From Octopus sinensis (taxonomy: Eukaryota), in the NCBI RefSeq assembly GCF_006345805.1, contig NC_043008.1, positions 11,594,001 to 11,658,000 of the forward strand: a stretch of DNA of 64,000 bases, given 5' to 3'. A program made the position numbers and the translations under genes. A model generated the notes under the pieces. It was not told the DNA's origin and ran no database searches. It saw only the letters and a program-made list of their open reading frames with translations. Every line of letters starts with the position of its first letter. Within the stretch, counting starts at the first letter, position 1. This document shows positions 14,002-25,515 of the stretch, one piece after another.

Positions 14002-14735
14002 TATGTGAGGTCATCCCATAAGTTGTGTCCGATTTTAACTTTTTAAAATTGAATGATATCTAATAGTATTTTAGAAAGTCTAATGGAATTAAAAGTTATT
14101 TTTATGCATTTGTGTACATTTAGACTAATTAAATATTATTTTAGAGAATAATAGAATTAAAATCCTTTCTAACATGGAAGAATCCAAAGTGCATTTGAAG
14201 TACATAATGATTTATGAGTACAAAAAAGGAAACTCTGCGCTGAAGCGACTTGAAACATACACTCAGTTTATGGGAAAGAATGCTTGAATGAAAGCACTTG
14301 CAGAAGATGATTTGTAAAATTCAGAAATGGAGATTTCTGCCTTGAAGATGAAGATCGAAAAGGACGTCCAGTTGAGTTTGATAATAAGCTCCTTGAGGCA
14401 TTACTGGAAGAAAATCCTGCATTATCAGTTGAAGAATTGGCAATAAAGCTTAGTTCACACCATACAACTGTTCATCGTCATCTTCAACAAATTGGAAAGA
14501 TTCCTAAACTTGGAAAATGAGTGCCTCATGAATTGTTCGAAAGCAATCGCAAATCACGAGTTGACACCTGCTATTCTCTCCATTCCTGCGAACTCATTTC
14601 ACCCTTTTTGGATTGACTTGTGACTGGTGACGAAAAATGGATCTTCTGTCGAAATGTTCAACGTCGTAAACGGTAGCTTGGTTAAGGGGAAAAAGCTCAA
14701 CCACAACCGAAAATGGAACTTTATGGAAAAACGTT
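14002..14735 (+). mobile_element. mariner transposon 5' half (left TIR plus decayed transposase N-terminus)
   Basis: TIR-like tatgtgaggtcatcccataagttgtgtccga. ATG at 14174 gives MEESKVHLK...FRNGDF.LEDEDRKGRP (HTH), GK*VPHEL (WVPHEL) and LVTGDEKW (first catalytic D), with stops and frameshifts. Confidence 0.92.
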
Positions 14736-15137
14736 TGGATAAGGCTAAAAAAATATGTTGATGAAACTAAGTTAGCGAACTGATTATAAATGTGAGCCAG
14801 ATATATGTTGGCTGATATAATGTGCTTTCGATTAACTTTCCTTGCACAAGGCAAATGTTTCGTAGTATCTGCAGATGTGTATAAGAATCAAAATTTCTCT
14901 GGTAACTGGTGAGTTTAAGAAAATTAATCGAAAAACGTTAAGCTACCTAAGTCTGATACACATCCGTTTCTTGAAACTCCGTGATATTCACAATATAATA
15001 AAATTAGAAATAGAAAGTAGGGATATGGAACAAATTGAAGGAAATCCAATATCTAATCTGAGCATCGGAACAAAAACGATCGCATGAGTAAAGCAAGTTG
15101 CTTCCAAATTATTTGCATTTGTTCACGCACACACACG

Positions 15138-15205
<68 letters not shown>

Positions 15206-15257
15206 CTCTCTCTGTCTGTATGTCTATCTCCCTCTTACACATACACATATATGTATG

Positions 15258-15288
<31 letters not shown>

Positions 15289-16472
15289 GTGTATATGTAT
15301 ATATATGTGTGTGTGTGTACGCACATACGTACATATCTAATTATGTATGTACTCACACGCACACACAAACAAATACACACACACACACACACATATATAT
15401 ATATGTATATATATATGTGTGTGTGTGTGTATGTGTGTGTGTGTATGTGTGTGTGTGTGTATGTGTGTGTGTGTATGTTTGTGTGCATTTCTGTTTGTGT
15501 GTACTTAGATAATACTTTCTTGTTTGCTTAATAGAATAAAAGGATGAATAGTCAAATAGTCACATAAGACAGATATCCGTTGAATAACAGATTAAGACGT
15601 ACAGATATTAATTATATAAAAAAAAGATAAACACCCACCTTCGCAACAGAACGGAAATTAAAATACTAATGGATTTTCCTTGTTACGAATAACATCTTGT
15701 AATTGTTAACTCTTATGTAATCTGTAGTTAGAATACATCTTATTTCTTACCTCGTTTCAGAAAGCCATTTAGGATTTCGTAGCATAAATTGGCATTTAAT
15801 GTACATTTTGATAAGTAATACCACTTGTCCTATGTAGGCATCCGTATTCAACCAAATAGTTATAATAGGTTTAAGTTATACTGAGAAATGAGCTCAGTCG
15901 CCTGCTGGCCATAGAACCAATTCTTCGTTAGCTATCATCGATATCTATGAAGCTTAATTATCTATCTATCTACCTGTTTCTGTCTATCTGTTTATTTCAT
16001 TACTGCAAATTTAGTCGAAACATGAAGTAGATATTTTAATTCGTTGCAGGAAGAGCATTGCATAATTAGAGTGTATTTCCTCCGCTTAAATATTTGAGTT
16101 ACAATCAACAATAATTGCAGTGTAAAATAGAAAATACTACTATACAACACAGAAGGTTCATAAGTATCCAACATTTATATGTCATAGTTTTCTTGAAATT
16201 AATATGGATATTACTGAATGTAATTAGAAGTCAAGTGGGCTCGTGATTGAATACCAAATGCTGAGAAAAAAGGCGAGGATATAGCCCTGTGGCTTAATAC
16301 ATAGTTCCATGTATTAAGCAAAGGTATTCTACAATAACACTAGGCCAACCAGAGCTTTGATAATGGAACCAATACAAGGAAACAGTGTGGACTCCCTTGT
16401 ATCTATGTGTGTGTGTATGAGTGTGTGTTTGTGTGTGTGTTCAATTAAGATAAAAACATTTTTACTTTAATG

Positions 16473-16974
16473 CACTGCTTCTCAGCCATTTTAGTCTATC
16501 TAATTCTTTGATTCCAGCTTTTACTCGGGTAGACACTCATAAACAATTGATGTTTAAAAAACTGTATTATATGTTTATAATCAAATACTATTAAAAATTG
16601 CATAAGAAATTGGTAAAATATTTTGTGTATTGTAGAATTAAAATAAAATAAATAAAAACTGGCATTTTGTCAGTTACGACGACAAGGGACCGAGCTGAAA
16701 CGATCAACGGAGCAGCTTAATGGTGAAATTATCATGTCAGTAAGCGGGCACTCCATATATAACTGTACCCATAACGGGGAGATTCAGTGTGAATCCGAAT
16801 AAGACAAGATTGGCCCATTGAAATACAGGTACTTCTCAGTTTTGCTAGCAGAGTGGACTGGAGCAAGGCGAAATAATGCGTTTTGCTCAAGGACATTACG
16901 CACCGCCAGGAATCGACCTCACGACCTTACGATCGCCGGACATTGGCCATATGGACCCTGGTTGAGAATAACTG
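16473..16974. mobile_element. hAT-type MITE with 8 bp TSD, carrying a nested SINE
   Basis: Termini cactgcttctcagcca / tggttgagaataactg (CAG..TTCTCAACC type); flanks ctttaatg (16465-16472) and cattaatg (16975-16982). Confidence 0.7.
16672..16945 (-). mobile_element. SINE (CORE-like plus family C central/3' domain), degraded
   Basis: gtggactggagcaag...ttttgctcaaggaca is a reverse CORE-like segment; ttacgacgacaagggaccgagctgaaacgatcaacgg is the reverse family C tail. Confidence 0.65.
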
Positions 16975-17119
16975 CATTAATGTGATGGGTCCTCAGTACT
17001 TTTGTTGAGTACAAATTTATTAAACAAGAGTGATGTTGACAGTGAATTCGAAGTTTCGGCCAGCATGTGTTAGTTTGTATGCATGTGTGTTTGTGTATGA
17101 GTTTGTTTCTATCTTTGTA

Positions 17120-17300
17120 TCTGTGTTTGTTTCCCCACCGTAAGCTGGCGACCGTTGCTGGTTTGTTTTGGTCCCTGTAACTTAGCAGTTCGGCAAAAAA
17201 GCCGATAGAATAAGTAGAAATTTTAAAGTAATGGTGTAGATCTCTTCAACTAAAACCGTGTCCCGGCCTGGCCACATTCCAATTACTGAAACAATTAACA
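17120..17300 (+). mobile_element. SINE family B, 3' part
   Basis: ccctgtaacttagcagttcggcaaaaaagccgatagaataagta matches 28110-28150. Confidence 0.75.
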
Positions 17301-17724
17301 AGATCGCACATATACATCAAGTATGTCTGTTTCTTTACTTCGTTGTATAAACATAAATATTCGCCCCAAAGTGTGGCTTGTTTTGAAGTAGAAAGCTGAT
17401 GTTTTCGTTGTTAAATATTCATATTTCCTTTGTCATAACGTTCAAAACAGACAGAAAAGAACGATATTGTTAGAATAACTAATGTAGCTTTCAAAAAATA
17501 ATTATCTGGAATACATTTACCTGAGAGCTATATTGCTCGGGAATATGTTTCTATTGATATATTACTGAGTGGAGATATAACTAAAATGCATAAATCTAAA
17601 ATCGTCTAGTAATACGAGTGGCTTACATAGTCGTGATACATTTTACGCATACTTCAGTCTACCTTCCAGAAATAGTAGCCAAATCTTCTTATCTTCTTCA
17701 AATGTTACTCATAGTCACAGTCCT

Positions 17725-17970
<246 letters not shown>

Positions 17971-18584
17971 GCGTGTGTGAGTGTATGTATGTATATACAT
18001 ATATATATATATATATATATCTTAATATGTAAAAATCTCTCTGTCTCTCTGTCTGTTTGTGCGCTTATAACTCGAGTATTGTTCATCCGATCGCGCTGAT
18101 ATTTTAAACATGGATACATGAGAGAGCCCGGCGTTCCGAAATGTAAACAAGATTCTCAATACTGTTAGTTTCGAAGTGAGAATCGCTATATTTTTAATCT
18201 TTTTGTCCTTTTTGTTCTGCCATTAAAACAACCAGTTGCTCAGACAGGTGGCACATGCCATTTCGCTAGCAACAATTGGAGTACAGGATGACAGTCAGCC
18301 GAAACCATAGCTATGCTGTCTCTCTTCTTTCCTCTCTCTGTGGGGTATATAAACTTAATATTTAGCTACAGTTTCTCATTCAAACTACATAATAGGCAGA
18401 ATTCCCAGATTAAGACAATAGGGTGTTTTGAGGGAGATTTGATTGCTATTTCTACCAGGTCTATCTACCATGTAGAGGTCTGCCTCATTGATATTATATA
18501 TTCCTGATGCTTTCCAAAATCAAGTTACAGATTTTGAAGTATGCGGTATCGAAAGATTCAGTACTATTTTGGCTACAACTTAAA

Positions 18585-18808
18585 CATAATTTTCACCACA
18601 AATTTCTCACACTCTTTCCTCCTGTTTCTGTTGTACCTGTATTTCAAAGGGCCAGCATTGTCACACTCTTTATCACGCTGAATCTCCCCGAGGACTGCGT
18701 TACGGGTGCATGTGCCTCTGGTGTGCTCGGCTACATGCACGGTAAATTCAGCAGCAGGGTGTTCCGTTGATCGGATCAACTGGAACTCTCATCGATAGGG
18801 TGCCACGA
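18585..18808 (+). mobile_element. SINE family C, headless degraded copy
   Basis: cctgtttctgttgtacctgtatttcaaagggcc...gttccgttgatcggatcaactggaac shared with 29783-30171. Confidence 0.8.
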
Positions 18809-18945
18809 TATATATATATATATATAATATATAGAAATTCGGGGTGAGTACTTGATAATTATAAGCACCTGTGTATACCGTTTGGTGGTGTAGGTGGTGG
18901 AGTAAATTGATCAAAATAAAATAAAAACATGATGCGAAGGATTCA

Positions 18946-19023
18946 GCGGTACATATGTTTCGGGCCTTTATTAGACAGATTTATAACAATGCATAATGTA
19001 TGTCTGTGGCCTTCTTCAGCCGC
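18946..19023 (-). ncRNA. Type I hammerhead ribozyme-like motif with extended stem II
   Basis: Minus: GCGG-CUGAAGA-A-GGCC[41 nt]GGCC-C-GAAA-CAUAUG-UA-CCGC. Intact core, stem I GCGG/CCGC, palindromic ACAUAUGU stem III, GUA triplet. Confidence 0.65.
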
Positions 19024-19199
19024 GCACAACAGCTTCCACAAGGACACGTGTTACATCAAAAGTTCTTGGTTGGGGATGCAAATCCTCTCATTCACGTACG
19101 ACATAATGCGACAGCAGCATAGAGTTGAAGCGTCCATCTCTTTCTTCTCTCAATGTAGAATGAGGAAAATTGGATGTTGTATATATACAAATTTTGTCT

Positions 19200-19420
19200 C
19201 CCATATATGACTTCATTTCCTGTTGCTCCAGTCCACTCATTGAGTAGTAACTGCATTTCAACTGACCAGCCTTGTCACACTCAGTGTGACATACTGAGAA
19301 GTATGTGAAGAGGTTCGCGTGACTGTGTAGTACTCAGCCACTTGGACGTTAATGTCACCAACAAGCTCTTCTGTTGACCGGGTCAACTGGAACCCTTGTC
19401 CCTGCAAGCGACGGGGTGCC
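19200..19420 (+). mobile_element. SINE (CORE-like plus family C domain), degraded
   Basis: gttgctccagtccactca followed by gtactcagccacttggacgttaat...ggtcaactggaaccctt. Confidence 0.65.
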
Positions 19421-19903
19421 AATTTTATTTTTATGTATGTAAACTGAGTGCTTCTGCGCTGTTTAATTTTTTTCAGAGAGCATTGATCTGTCCGGGAATT
19501 ATAGGTGAAAGTACTTGACTATTGTACCGCGTTGTGGAAAGGAATCTTATACTACATAATTATAGACAGACCTTCTTAACTATCAAGCCTAAATAATCCA
19601 TAATCTTCATCTAAATAGACAACCCTGCTTCACATTAAAATCCTTACGTATGTTCATTCGCGATAAAATATAGTTCAGGTATTCTGAAGAAATCCTATTG
19701 CCTGAAAGACGTTTGCTAATTGAAACGTAGAGCGTCTGACATTGACACGTGTATTGTTATTTAGAATGGTATAACAGGAACGTTATTCATTTAATTTATA
19801 TTTCCATCAACTACTGTATTTTACAAAACTTTTTACAATAAATATTCAATTCCACTCATTGATAACAGATAGAAAGAGAAAAAATTATATTCCACTCACA
19901 TTG

Positions 19904-19934
<31 letters not shown>

Positions 19935-19956
19935 ATTTTAGTTCGTTATGACATGT

Positions 19957-20015
19957 GGTTTTTGCCTGATGAATATGTTTGAATTATTTCTCAACATATG
20001 AAACTATAAGAAACC
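19957..20015 (+). ncRNA. Possible minimal hammerhead motif
   Basis: CUGAUGA-AUAUGUUUGA(attatttc)UCAACAUAU-GAAA-CUAUA; upstream GGUUUUU can pair with downstream AGAAACC, with 2 unpaired nt before the core. Confidence 0.4.
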
Positions 20016-20967
20016 CTTAAAAACGCATTGTGTCCTTTATGCAAACAAACCTTTATATGCTGCCTAAAACATTAAGAAAAAATACTGAAAAATCTCACAG
20101 AATACACTAACCATGTTACATCTCAAAATTGACATAGTCGTACTGCTATCAATAGAAGCAGCGTATAGTACATAAATAGACTCCTGTTCGAGAGATTTCT
20201 GGGATTATTTCCTGTCTACAGCCATCAATCTTCGGATGATTATGTTGAATAATAATTGCATGAATCAATTTTGTCTGGGCAATGATTATTTTTGTTGCTT
20301 TGTTTCACAGAATATATAAGAAAACATATTAAAATGTCAACGATAAAGAGCATCATACTATTTTTCTTTGCACTGTATCTTTAATCCTGCCTAAATCATT
20401 ACGCTGCCAGACATACACCATTAAAAATCTTGGAGAATGTTTTCTTTTTTCCTTTGTGAACTACCTTACTTATTATATAGATATTATTAAGACAAAGTAA
20501 TTTTTCTTGCCTTAATGTGGCGACAACATGATTAAGATTATCTAGCAGAAATATCAAATCAACAGTTTCTGGAGGATGAAAATATTTATGTTGTACGAAA
20601 TTCAGCTTACAGCGCTTTTTAACTGATGTATATATGTTTATACATTAATTTCCAATTTTAGTGAAATGTCACATTTGTCTGAGAAAAGTATTAAAATATT
20701 TTGATCTCCAAAATCTTATCATGTTTGATAACAATAATCCTTCTTTTTTAAAGTAAATATTTTCGCTCGAGTACGATTACTGATTCTGTCTACATTTAGC
20801 CATACTTGTAAATTGGTTTGCATTACATCATTATAGGCTGCTGGTTGGGAGACTTGCATTACATCATTAAGGCGTTGGTTGGGAGACTTGCTAGGAAACC
20901 AGAAAAATACTTAGCGGCATATCGTCCTTCTTTAAGTTCTGAGATCAAATTCCTCCGAGATAATCTT

Positions 20968-21193
20968 AACCTATTTCTTTACTACCCACAGAGGGGACAA
21001 ACAAGGACGACAGACAAATGGATTAAGTCGATTATACCGACCCCAGTCCATAACTGGTACTTATTTAATCGACCCCGAAAGGATGAAAGGCAAAATCGAC
21101 CTCGGCGGAATCTGTACTCAGAACGTAGCGGCAGACGAAATACGGCTACGCATTTCGCGCGGCGTGCTAACATTTCTGCTAGCTCACCGCCTT
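20968..21193 (-). mobile_element. SINE family A, near full-length (a degraded + strand head lies at 20871-20960)
   Basis: Reverse complement of ggcggtgagctagcagaaatgttagcacgccg...ttcatcctttcggggtcgattaaataagtaccag...gtagtaaagaaatagg. Confidence 0.9.
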
Positions 21194-21690
21194 CTTTACC
21201 ATTCACCGAGATCATCTTTACCATTCACCCTTTCGGAATCTCTGAAATAAGTTGCAGTCAAGTGGCAGCGGTCGATGTAGTCGACTAGCACCTTCAACGA
21301 AATTTCATACCGTGTCCCTATAGTAGTAAACACATTATTACGGGAGGCTCTAACGTTGATTTCAAATACTTTCACACCCAATCTGTCTGTATATAGACAC
21401 ATATCCATCATTATCTGCATCCTGTTTCCCCCCGCCTCTGTACATGCTGGGTGCCAGTTGGTGTCATCCCTATATCATTTAGGAAATCCCGACACACACA
21501 GATCCCTCCACGTCTCGTCGCTCAGTTCTACCCAATCTGTTATCCTCACAAGTAAGCAATATGCCCATTTATTATTCCGCAAATCTTTGGTTGCCTGCAA
21601 TCACTTATCTGCTTATAACTTACCTACAGGCGCTGACCAGCAATACTGTGAGCGTAACGTGATAAGCGTCCCTTTCACAAGACTCGCAAC

Positions 21691-21723
<33 letters not shown>

Positions 21724-21734
21724 ATATATAATAT

Positions 21735-21768
<34 letters not shown>

Positions 21769-21789
21769 CCTATATATATATACATATAA

Positions 21790-21970
21790 CGGGAAGCTTT
21801 ATGAAAATAAATAAAAGACGAAGGCAGGTGGAATACGAACAAACAATTGTATTAGTATGGCGCTCAGGAATAGAAATAAAACAAGTCTTTTACGTTTCGA
21901 GCCTACGCTCTTCAACAGAAAGATACACAGAAAAGAAACACGGAAAGAAACAAGGAGAGAAAAAATGTAT
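21790..21970 (-). mobile_element. Repeat family E (PLE-terminal-like, hammerhead-bearing), copy 1
   Basis: aaaagacgaag.cag.tg...cgctc.g.aa...ttt..agcct.c.ctctt recurs at 30845-30990 and 58800-58980; each copy abuts a (TA)n array. Confidence 0.75.
21886..21923 (-). ncRNA. Minimal hammerhead-like motif with CUGUUGA core
   Basis: Minus: UCUUU-CUGUUGA-A-GAGC(guag)GCUC-GAAA-CG-UA-AAAGA; stem I 5 bp, stem II 4 bp, palindromic ACGU, GUA triplet. Confidence 0.6.
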
Positions 21971-21996
21971 ATACACATATATATACATACATACAA

Positions 21997-22330
21997 AGGC
22001 TGAATAAAGAGGCAATTTTCATCAATAAATATCTTCCCGAACTAAATATGAACGCATAACATAATACAGAACACTACTAACCTTTCAATTAACACCACTA
22101 ACCCCCATATATCCCTTACACCATTCACATTACAATTTTATGTCTAACCTAATTGCACCAAATCCAGAACTACTTACCTCCATTACAAATAATCTTTTTA
22201 CTCAGGAACTATTAAACCTGACACCGTTCATTAATCGGTGTCCATTCAAAGCAATGAATAGTAACTTTCGAAACCGCAGTATGGTTGAATCTCTTGAATA
22301 ATCTCACAATAATGACTTTTATTACTTTTA
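21997..22330 (+). mobile_element. Penelope-like element extreme 3' end (GIY-YIG C-terminus plus UTR)
   Basis: aggctgaataaagaggcaattttcatcaataaatatcttcccgaactaaat translates as RLNKEAIFINKYLPELN, matching the R..E..I....P.LN end of GIY-YIG domains; a degenerate HHR follows at 22214-22286. Confidence 0.55.
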
Positions 22331-22448
22331 TTCCCACCTCAGTTCATCTAATTGTATATATCTGCCGTTACCTTTAATAAAATCCTTCCCTTTTTTGTAT
22401 CTACAATGTGCATTTTCGGTGGTTTTTCTTAGTTTCCCCTTACATAAC

Positions 22449-22481
<33 letters not shown>

Positions 22482-24720
22482 ATATATATTATATATATAC
22501 GTATATATCTTCGTAAAACGTCATTTCCCCCTTTCAATCCCTATCTTTCTATTCCTCTTTCCCTCTCTGTTCCTATCTAATACCCCCTCTGTACGTTTCT
22601 GTGCTGCTATCTGTTCCTGTCAGGACCTAAGGCTGCTTCTGTTTATTTCAGTTCGTTTCATTTTATTCGTATGGCCACTTTTCTACCTGTTTGTTTACGG
22701 CTTTATCCCTCGTCTGTCCACCAATGGTCTTGTCTTGAATTACAATTATTCCACATTTGTATGTTTACTTTCTGTGTCATCTAGTTGTTTAATTCTTGTT
22801 TGTTTCTTAATTTCTTTAACTTTCTGTCATGTTTTATTCATTGTACGTTGGCTCGCCATCGGCGCCACCAGTGCAGATCAATATTATCAAAACTGTGGTG
22901 GACTCTGTGGCTGAAAACGGATGATGATTTGGTGAACTTTTTATGTCTGTTTCCCGTTTGTTTGTGCATTTATTATGTCTCTTTAGCTTATTATATTTCA
23001 AAATCTAACCAGAGTGAGAGAGAAATATAAAGTGAACCATCAGCTTATATTCCAAAGCAACGATGTGACTTGATACTTCCTTTTCCAGCGACAGGATTGC
23101 ATGTATGATTCACCCGTCTCTCATTGTGATAGTGTAAATTCAGGCTTTGGAAAAGTCCTCATTCACACCAACAACACTTATGCTGCAAATGTGTTGAGAC
23201 CAAAGACCAACAGATACATTACATAGGTAAGTAACTTTCTAGTAGATTTATCTTTTCAGAAATCTGACGATGATCATTAAGAAGGAAGCTCAAATTAATA
23301 TATTGGATAAAGTGCCTTGACATGGTGGAGTCATAGAAAATAGCTCAGAACAGTATATCCTAAAATGGGACAAAGCTGATTTTCTAAACCGGGACGTATA
23401 CTTGCAGAGAAAGAAAATTGTTTGGCACGATTGCAGTTGGTATCTCCATGTTACACTATTTAAGGATAATAGAGGGATATTGTGAAGATTGTCCTTACTG
23501 ATGTAAAGGAATTCAGCGGAATTCGTACTCGAGGTCAGTTTGAAAATGTTTTTGTAGTACTGACATGAAAACGAAAAGTTTTGTAGAATTTTAGCGAATA
23601 TGTATACTGTGAAAGTGTTTATAAAGAGACAAATTGCATTTGGAGCGGTTTCTCGCTTGTTAATGTACCATTTTCCAATGAATATATAACATAATAAATG
23701 AACGGAAAAAAACTTTTAACGAACAATGGCGCAGTTATTCAAATTATTACAAAATAAGAATCTAAATTTTTTTTTCGTGTAATTTCTTTTAACGTAAAGT
23801 TTTCAATTACTGTAAGTGAAATTGTCGACAATTCCTTATCCATACATTTCTTTGAATTTACATCTTTCAAATTGAAATTGATGTCTGAAAGTAAATCATA
23901 CTATTAGATTTTGTTTTTTTTTATTCTTTTTATTCTTCTAAGCGTGACATATAGTTCCTTATCCTTTACTTGTATTCTTCCACTGAGATTAGATTTCTTC
24001 AATTCTGATTAAGATATTTTATGTGTAGTGTTTTTTTTGTATATTTGTTTTCGGTATTCAGTTGTAAAATAATAAAAAATAGCAAATTAATAAAAAAATA
24101 AATTACTAGGTAACTTTAGCATTATAAGTTTATAAGCTCAGATGCTAGTAGATATTTTTTGCTTAAGAACTTATTCGAAATTCTATTTCAATAATGTTCA
24201 TGCTATATGTATCACGAAATCCAATAACGTGTTTAGATTCAAACTCCTTTTCGTTTTTTTTTCTTTCTGGTAATAATTGTAATTATAATTTTTTTTATCA
24301 AAATAAAACGAAAAAAAAGAATTGTAATCGATCGTTTTCCCCTCACCGAATAAATAAGTCCGTATGACCTTATATAGCTTAAACATTTACTCATTCCGTT
24401 AGTGGTTATGTTTGTGGAAATCACCAATCCTTTCATAACTATATTGATTAAATCAGCATTTTGACAGATTTATTTTGCTTTATCAATTTCTTTTCAGTTA
24501 CCGAAGCGTTAAATTTACAGTTATACTAGATATTATTATAATGTCGTACGTCACATTATGATGCAATGGCTTACTTGTTAGTTAAATCAATATTTACAAA
24601 AGGGTGGGGGAAAATTATAGGATATATGGAAATGTTACATATTTCAAATGGTTTCCAATATAGTTAATGAACCGTAATAAAAAGATAACAACAAGTTTGG
24701 AATATATAAATATATATATA

Positions 24721-25060
24721 TGGAAAAAAGTCAAGGTAGAAAATGCTAAAATAATTTTATAAAAACCATTTCAGTACCGGTTTCAGTCATTCAGACTTTT
24801 TCAACTGTAAGTGTGGAAAACAATTAAATTTTGGAAAAATTAAAAGAAAAGTTTTTTAAAAGAATATTTGCATAGTATTCAAATTCAAGTGGTATTTTCC
24901 TTCTTTCTGCCGGTCTCCCTCTCTCTTGTTTACTCTTGTGGGTTCTAAATTTAATTGTTTTCCATACTCACAGTTCAAAAATTATCAATGACTGAAACCG
25001 GTACTGGAATATTTTTTATAAAATTATTTTAGCATTTTCTATCTTGACTTTTTCTTTCCA
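24721..25060. mobile_element. MITE with ~110 bp TIRs inserted in TA repeats
   Basis: 24721-24831 is the reverse complement of 24947-25060 (gaaaatgctaaaataattttataaa...cagtaccggtttcagtcatt); a second copy of the left TIR and interior lies at 34138-34428. Confidence 0.85.
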
Positions 25061-25474
25061 TATATATCAACTCGTGTGTTTCTTTTCAAACTCCTACACA
25101 CACACACACACACACGCGCACACACACACATGTATGTATATATATAATGATATCTGTCACGATCTAAATTCGTGTCTGATGACGTATAACAACGTAGTGG
25201 AACGTTGTGCATAAAGAGAAATTTCACCGCGAATAGTCTTACGGCAGAATGACTTCTCGGGATCGAACGTCCACAGATGTGTTAGTTATTGTGCTTGCGC
25301 ATACGATATTCAACACTTCTACGTGCGACTTTGCTTAATTCTATATTAGTGTGTGTTTGTGTGCGCGTATGTTTGTCTGTCTGTGTGTGCGTGTCTGTGA
25401 CTATGCGTATGTATATGTGCGCGCGTGTGTATATAGTGAGACAGCTAGCTAGATAGATAAATTTTCATTCATTT

Positions 25475-25515
25475 ACATATGTACTCCATATGTCGTACAT
25501 ATGGAGTACATATGT
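25475..25515. repeat. 41 bp palindrome (19 bp perfect arms, 3 nt loop)
   Basis: acatatgtactccatatgt-cgt-acatatggagtacatatgt. Confidence 0.85.

Noticed and set aside
25170-25232. CUGAUGA…GAAA hammerhead candidate
   Set aside because: Stem II does not close at the core and stem I needs a bulge; compatible with chance.
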